DNA of 64,000 nt, from positions 868,001 to 932,000 of the forward strand of contig OX337236.1 in the NCBI GenBank assembly GCA_946965045.2. The letters run 5' to 3'. The notes beneath the pieces were generated by a model. It was not told where the DNA came from. It saw nothing but the letters and a program-made list of their open reading frames with translations, and did not search any database. Origin of the DNA: Epithemia pelagica. Lineage: Eukaryota > Protista > Bacillariophyta. Made by a program: the position numbers and the translations under genes. This document shows, piece after piece, positions 12,643 through 20,500 of this stretch (position 1 is its first letter; every line of letters begins with the position of its first letter).

Positions 12643-13684
12643 ATTCGTTTTTAGAGTTAGGGTTAAACCGGGTATCGTTGTCATGAACTTGAAGTGGCAC
12701 TGACGAGACAAAAAGGGCTATAGTAAAATGCCATTTTATTTAAATGAAGAGTGCATGTGGAAGAGCAGCAGCGACATGGAGTGCAACCGGATAGTCTGTC
12801 CGTATAACAGCCAACATTTTGAAAGTTTATCCGAAAGTCTGTCATTTCGCTATTCCCCGATTTTTGTTCCAAGTAGGTTTCATAAATTTTTGTGTTAGAT
12901 CCTTTCAAAAGTTTTGCAGTGGTGAAACCCCAGTCACCTTGTGCCAGCTTCTCTATCTTCTTTATGAAAAGCTCCTTGAACTTGGAATCTGCTTCTTTCA
13001 GCCATTTGAGAACTTCTTTTGTGAGCTTGATGCTTCCGTATGCTGAAGGGTTCGTCACAGGGACAACGTTTTCTTCGATAACAACGTCTTCAATGCCATC
13101 CGCATTCAGTTCAACTTCATCATCATTCTCTGTGACGTCGTCGTCTTGGCCTGTCTTCCTTGCCGCCGCTTCAGTAGCCCGCAGCAGCCTCGAGGCAGTG
13201 TGTGCCTTAAGCTCTCCCTCCTCATCGTCACTTTCATCGCCTCCAGATAGCTCGAATCTTATTTGGATAATACTCCACGTTTTCGGGGCCTCACTAAATT
13301 CCTCAGTTTTGGTGTACTCCAAGATTTCTCCCCAAGTCCTCAGGAATTCATCTTCCAACATTCTCAATTCATCTCTACGATTGATTTGGTCCAACAAACG
13401 TTCAGCATGTGAGGTATTCTTTTGCACGTGAAATGAATCCCATGGATCTTCCAAGAGTGAGCCTTTGAGACATTGTGAACGAGCTTCCTCTAGATATCCT
13501 TGTTGTTCCAGAATTCTAGCGTACTCCAAATGAACACCTCTGGCATTGGGTTTCTTTGAGAGAATACTTTTAGCATCTTCACGAGCACCTGTCACATCAC
13601 CACATGCTGCTTTGCATCGTATAATTCCACACATCACCTCAAGCCAGTGGTCCTCTTCCTGGAGCGTCCCTTCATTCAACGTAT

Positions 13685-14452
13685 ACTTAATGTATGTAGA
13701 AAACTAACGTAAGACGTGATGGTTAGTGCTCTGAACTTCTGTAGTCAACCAGTTCACTCGGTACACGATGGGGCCCTCACCTTGCACTAGGTTAGTATGG
13801 TTGACTCCTTCCTAAAGGTTGCTTACAACTTTCAGGTTTTTATAAGAAGTGAGCTTATTCTATCGAAAGTGTTTGTTTCTCATGATTGCTCTTTCATTAC
13901 TTCCTTTCAGTCATAAAGAGTTTACTTTTCCCGAATCGTTGGGCCCGGTGAAGAAACATCTTTGACTTCTAGGTAAGGCGCTACAGACGCTCTACGTTTA
14001 GGGACTAATGGAACCTGTTCTCTTAGTGCATAGAACCTGTTCCATATACTCAAACTGTGAGGGATAGAGGCGGAACTATTGGCTTGAACCAAGTATCCAT
14101 GATCCTTTGGTGAATCTTGTTGTAAGTTGGAGACGTGTATGTTTTAGGTGAGACATAGCCTGGACTTTGCTTCCGAGTGGAGCTCGTCCGGCTTTTGCCT
14201 GTCGTAGATAGTAGTGGGCATATGTAAATGTGTATCACAAAACACCAGGGTTATTCAGAGAGGGAACATTGTGCCGCAGGCTCGGACATGTCACATACAT
14301 GGGCACAGCTTCGTCAGCCGTCCACGCACGTGTTCGCACAAGCTTGCAGGACAGATGGCACAGCTATGTCATGGTAGACGCGTACTCTCATAGAGTCTAG
14401 GTGTTGTTCTTCGAAAGGTAGTTCTAGGTCTATAGCTAGCCGTACTTTAACT
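13685..14452 (-). repeat. 3' LTR (768 bp)
   Basis: Matches 23414-24181 at offset 9729; I saw no differences by eye. On the element strand it reads AGTTAA...TTAAGT. Confidence 0.95.
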
Positions 14453-14461
14453 CTCCCTCTC
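14453..14461 (-). other. polypurine tract GAGAGGGAG
   Basis: Purine run directly 5' of the 3' LTR on the element strand. Confidence 0.8.
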
Positions 14462-14501
14462 ATGGAGTGATTGGGGAATTACGACATGCCGTAGACTCAG
14501 T

Positions 14502-17500
14502 TTACCATCCTTGATTGAGCTTACGGCACTTTTCGAAGAGTTCCCGAGTTTGGCACTTGGTGAAATAATCTGCCCTTTGTTCCTCGGTTCCTACCATGCT
14601 TACCTTCACTCCGCCTGGATGATCACCTACATGTTCCCAGAAGAAGTGTAAGTACGTGTTGAAGTGTTTTGTCCTAGGTGTCAATCTTTGCTTAGTTGCA
14701 AGATAGAAGGCACCTGTATTGTCTTCAAATACTTCAGAGAAGATGGTCGGCTTCTCAAATGGCAGGTCTAGGTTTGCTAGAAGTTCCTCTATCACGCGTC
14801 TTGTAGCTATCACACTTCGCATGGCTTGGGAGAGAGCGTGGTACTCGGCTTGGAGGGTACTTAGTGCAACTGATGATTGTAGCTGCGACCGCCAAATAAG
14901 AGGACACCCACAAAAGCTAAGAATGTAACCAGTCCTGGACTTAGCACTTACTGGGTTGTCTTGAGGCTCCCTTCCATGTAGTCCTGCGAAATCGGCATCT
15001 ACATAGCAATCTAGCTTGAAATCTTTAGTTGGCGTAAAGATGGTTCCTTTATCCTTGGTGCGTGCTAGATAGCGCACTATAGTTTTCACTGCTGCCGCAT
15101 GTGATTTCTTCGGATTAGAGTTGAATCGTGCTACTTGGCTCACAGCGAAGGCTATATCTGGTCGGGTGTTAGTTGCAAGGTACAGTAACATTCCCACGAT
15201 AGAGCTGTATTGCCATTTCTCTTTCATGGGTTCCCCATCAGGATCGCTTCCCAATGCTAATTGTGTAGCAGGGGTCCAATTCGGGTTGCAGTCCTGCATA
15301 TTGGTAGCGTCAATTACCTTGTTGATAAGTCCCTTTTGAGTCATGGTGATCGAATTGGTCTTTTCATCTCGGACAAAGTTGATCCCCAAATAATTGGTGA
15401 AATTTCCTTCTTTTTCCAGTGATAAGCCCTTTTTCTTCAATCGTTCAACTAGTTCGTCAATTAAGGTAATTGTAGGTGCGCACACTCCACAGTCGTCTAC
15501 CCATAGAAAGATGATTATGTTTTCCTTGTACAGTAAACATTGGTCGTGTTTACTCATTTGGAATCCGTCTTCCTTGAGGGCCTGTATTAGGTGGTCATAC
15601 CATAGTCTAGGTGCCGATGACAATCCATAGAGGCTTTTGACCAACCTAAGGCATGTAGTTCCTTTTAACGATGATCGAAATCCTCTAGGCAGATGGATCC
15701 ATACGGGTTCATTCAAAGTGGCTTGCACGAAAGCATTATTGAAGTCAATGCATGCAAGTTCCCATCCTAGAATCAGACTGAGGGTGAGTACAATGCGAAT
15801 AGTACTCCAGTTGACTACAGGGGAATAGTTCTCTTGCTCTGACTCCTGGAGGTCACCGCGAACGCAATATCGTGCTTTGAACTTGGAAATTTCTCCGTCA
15901 GGGGTTCTTTTGCGTTTAAACACCCAGGTACCGGGTAAAATTCGCGTAGTTGCTTCACTCTGCTGCACCTCTACCCATGTTCCCTTTTCTTCTAGTTCTC
16001 GGATTTCTTTGCTGGCTGCAGCCTGCCACTTGGTGAGATCCTTATCTCGCATAGCTTCATCATAACTGAGGGTGTCAGGATCTGATAAGGAAGCTTTCAT
16101 CATGGAGAGAAGGTCACTAGACTGGACAGAGGCTGGGAAACTACATAGGTCTTGTACATAGCGTTTGGGCGGTCGAATAGTTCGTCCGGAACGCCTAGAC
16201 ACCATAGTTGGACCAGGTGTGGGAGCTGGAGTAGGGATGCGAGGCGATTGTGGTGGCTCCCTCTGAGGAGTGGAGGGCTCGAAAGAAGGGGGTGCAGGCA
16301 AAGAAGGGGTCATAGGAGAAGGTTGCTCTGCGATAGTAGGTAGTTTGGTAGGGGTGGTACGGACTGTTTCCCTCTGAGAAAGGGGCGTCGATGGAGAAAG
16401 AGGGGTTACTCCCTCTGACAACGGCACCGGTTTCTCGCCTGGAGCAGAGCCAGGAGTATTAAGAGGGTAGATACCAGGAGAGTTAGAATGACTAGGGAGG
16501 ACGGAAGGGGGGTCGTGAGTCTCAATAGATCGAGTTACAGTGGTCTGTTTGTTGCCAAAGTCGGAATAATGTAGAACATCATGTGGAGCTGGAGACTCAT
16601 AGTCTAGATCATCATCGTCCTCAATGTATTGGTAGTGTGAGTCACCAAAAAGTCGGTCCCATTCGTGACTGGTAAGGTCAGGAAGGTCTTCAACGGAGGT
16701 GGCAATTGTACTAAACCAGTCGTCGAAGACAACGTGGAATTGAGGGGTAATATACCCCGTATTGGGGTTGAGTACCAGTGGTACAGTTGTAGCATGACGG
16801 GTACTTAGGCCCATGAGAATTCCTCGCGTGGAGCGGGGCTTCCATCGTGGAAGCTTCTTACCGTCAGCCATGGCTTTGTCCAATACATAGACGGGACAAC
16901 CCCACACATGTAAGTCATGGAATTTCCGCTGCTCCCATCTTGTTCGTGTAAACAAGTCATGGGGACTTATGCCCGTGTCGAGGCTTGGGACATGGTTACT
17001 TAAGAAAGTTGCATGTGCGACTGCCATTGGCCATAGAGAAGGATCAGCCATTTCGGGCCATTGTATGGCCGCGTGTAGCATCATCGTTCTTGCTATAGAC
17101 ATAATGGTTTGTATTGCTCGTTCGGCTATACCGGCATGGTGATGTGCCCCAACTCCCGCAAATCGATAAGTTTGTGCAAAATTTTGTAGGGACTCCGTAT
17201 ATTTAGCCGATGTAAAGGCAGAGCCATTGTCAGTTAGGTACTGTAGGGGCACAACTCCCACATCTCTACAGAAAAGTTCGAATGAGTCTTTTACTCGTAG
17301 GGTCTCATGGGTGTTTAGATGACTCTGGAACCCAATCCAGGTGTACCCCGAAGCGTGGTCTACAAAGATTGCGCCGCCCATGTACAGGTCGGAAGATTTT
17401 GACTTGTCTCGGGATGTAAATAAGCGTCCTTTAGTGGAGCATACAAAGTGATCTACGCTTACACACTGACCAGGGTAAAGATTTCCGGCTTTTGTTATTC

Positions 17501-20500
17501 CCCGTCTGTCTTTTACAATGGAACTCAAGGTTCCAGGTGATGGACGTCTCTTTTGTTTTCCATATTGACACGCTGCACAAAGAGGTAAGTCGGTGAGTGA
17601 TGCTGCTTTTGTGTGCAAACGGCGCTGTTGCTCAGTTTTTGCGAGAATTCCAGTTCTCATAATGAACTGGATTCGACGAAACGATAGGTGCCCAAGGCGA
17701 AGATGCCAACGTACCAGTTCCTTCTGTGTCTCACTAAGATTCTTGTTTTGTTCTGATGTTTCGTTGACGATTGTGTTGAGAGCATGCGAACTCTTGGTTA
17801 CTTCCTCATGGTTGTAACCGTACGACATTGGGAGATTGTTTTGCGGATTCACAACGACAGTGACTTGTGTTCGTGTTGTGTCTTCAGGTAAACCGGTGAG
17901 TACCAATGTTTTACCGTCTTGCACAATCTTTTCTCCGTCATACGTCTGAAGCAAACTCTGTGTCGATAACAGTCTGACACTTGTCTTGGGTACCAGGAAA
18001 GCAGGAATTCGAAGTTGTCGGATGTTTCCAGAAGAATCAAGGATGCTCCACAAGACCTCTCCGCGGCCAATCGCTTTCATGCGATTGGCGATGCCTTTCA
18101 CCTTGAAGTTTGGTAGTGGTTCGATCTTGCCCACGAAGTCTTTTTCGTTGTTGGTGATGGAGATGCTGGCGCCACTATCCCAGATGATGGGATAAGACGC
18201 GTCATTCGGCATTGCGCTCCTCAAGGCCATTGGATCCTGAAGGCACGCTTCCAAGCCAGCAGGAGTGATGTACCTCCATGAGTCGTAGTTGCGTGTGTTC
18301 CCCAAGACTTGAAAGGCGTTGAGGGAGCGGAGTTCCTCAAGGTATGCAGTCAAACCAAAGACTTGTCTTGGGGTTGATGACTGTCGGTTGCTCCTCAAGG
18401 CTTCACTTCGAGTGGGTGAGTGGTTATCGGTGTTTCTGTTACGACGATTGGGCGTCGTGAACGAGGTTCGGTTGTTGTAATGGAAGCGCTGGTAGCTATT
18501 CGTGGGAATCACAGAGCTGCGGGTTCCCATGGGTGGATTAAACCTGGTACGTGCTGAGTTGTTGTTGTTGTTGTACGGAGTTGCGCGACGACGGAGAGGG
18601 ATTGGTCGCGGCATCCGTTGTCGCATACGCGCTCGTTTGTGTGCCGGTGAAGAAGTCACGGATCGAAACGACGGCTTTCGCTTGACACGAGGGTGATTCA
18701 AAGGGAATGCAGTGTTCTTCCTTCTTTTCGGACGGGTACTGACTGGTGCACACGGAGGAGCAGCGTGAGTGGACCCAAAAGAGTCCAGATGCAACAACTT
18801 ACAAAACGACCCAACAATCAAACGGATGTAAATGAGCGGGAAACGGCGGCTCATGGCATAGGCCAGTCCATTGCTCACCACACTCCACAATCCACCAGAT
18901 GATAAGGTAGAAGAGGGCGGAGGTACCGGATGGAGAGTGGCACGGAAATGGTGGACGGAAGGTGTCGATGTGGAGTTGAACAAAGGAGAAGGATGGCCTG
19001 TCACGGGTGAAATGGTCTTGGGAAGCAAGATCAAAACAACAATCCAGCAGGAAAGCCAAGAAAAGAAGGCAGGTTGGCATGATGGATGGGCCAAAACGCT
19101 CCAGAGCAAAGCCCATAGTCCATAAAATAAAGTCTTGGTTCCCATCCAGTAGTAGCCAAAGCTAGACATGAGAGAGGCCATTCCGTCTGTGAAGACTGTA
19201 GTTGCATAGGTGGAGGGTTGGGGTGATGGCAGAAGATAGAGGACACTGGGTACCACCACAACCAACGTGATGAAGCTAGCACGTAACATGTGACGGCTCA
19301 GGGATCTTGAGTCAACAGTAGTGTCGACAGGCGCGGGAGCGCGTGGCGGAGTCACGTAAGGGCGACCACGGCGGGTTGACTCGGTGTATGACATGTCAAA
19401 GGCAGCCATATAAACCTTCGCGTGGTCATCTGTAGGATAGGACCTGTCTTGGTCAACAGTCACGGTAGAGATGGAGTCATTAGAAGAGACTCGATCGGGA
19501 GTGACCGTAAGACAGGGGCGATCCAAGTTGTACCACGGTGGTGAAATTGGTCCACATTTCGTCAGTTCATAGGCTACATCATGTACGAGACTCAATCCCG
19601 CATGTTCGTAGGGCGATCCTGGTGTTTGTTCGCACTCAAGAATAAAATACCACATGTCGCGAATCATGCGACGGGTATTTTGAATCCGAAGAGTCAAAAG
19701 ATCTTTGAGTCCCGGGTCAGCTGCATGGGAATACTCAGCATACAAAAACCATAAGTGGTCGGCCGCACTTGTGATCAGCTCATCCATGGTGTCAGGATGG
19801 CGAGCCAGTTCGGCTTCATTTTCTGCAGCATCGTCTCCTTGCAAGTTTGTGGTGTCGTCGAGATCCACCATGGCAGCACAGGCATAGTATTTTGCAAATG
19901 GATTTTCGCTGCGCTTTTTGGTCCTAGAGTCGTCGTCGGTTTCGCTGGTATCTGTTGGTACGTACAGTGCACCAAGTTGACTGTTGTCGACGAAAGAGGT
20001 GGATGAGACAGATTCATCAGCCATGTTCTCCAAGGTCTCACACGCTGTGCTTCTTGAATGTAGATCGACGGGCGGTGGATCGGAAATATTCACGGGAGAA
20101 GGCGTGGCGTTACTCTGATTCAAGAACGAGACAAATTGATCATATTTCTGGTCAATGGGTCGGTGCTCCATGATTCGAGAGCGAAGAAGGCAAGGAAGAG
20201 GAGTTGAGTGCACACTCATCTCGGGCCAGACGGGAGCTGGATTCGGATGGTTCGGGATTCTGGTTCCATCAATGAACCATCCCACGAACCATTCTTCGTC
20301 CTTGACTCGCTGGTAGGCGACAGCCACGGTAAGTTCTGGTTCTTGGTGTCGAAGAGCGTACACCGTGTACTGTGCCCTTTCGTACCTCATTCCGTCTCTT
20401 TTTGCTGTGTTGGCTTCTTGCTCGATGGAGATGCGTGGATCACGTGGACGTGGCCGAGGTACAAAACCTCGAGTCCACTGCTCGAGAGCTTCAGTGGCAG

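Larger units (their letters stand above)
11432..12857. mobile_element. non-autonomous composite TIR (Mutator-like) DNA element, 1,426 bp, 9-bp TSD
   Basis: CGATTTTTG flanks it at 11423-11431 and 12858-12866. ATGACAGACTTTCGGATAAACTTTCAA (11470-11496) is a perfect inverted match to 12819-12845, and GAAATGACAGACTTTC lies 9 nt from both ends. No transposase ORF is recognisable. The superfamily assignment is inferred from TSD length and G-rich termini. Confidence 0.8.

Noticed and set aside
12651-12665. Telomere-like TTAGAGTTAGGGTTA inside the MITE module
   Set aside because: Only one perfect TTAGGG, too short to call a telomeric array or healing site.
14050-14238. 62-aa ORF present in both LTRs (also 23779-23967)
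   Set aside because: Duplicated only because it lies in the LTR; no coding signature.
18790-19290. Calling the copia hydrophobic block an env gene
   Set aside because: It is not a separate 3' ORF, and no signal peptide, furin site or fusion peptide is recognisable. It is reported only as a TM insert.
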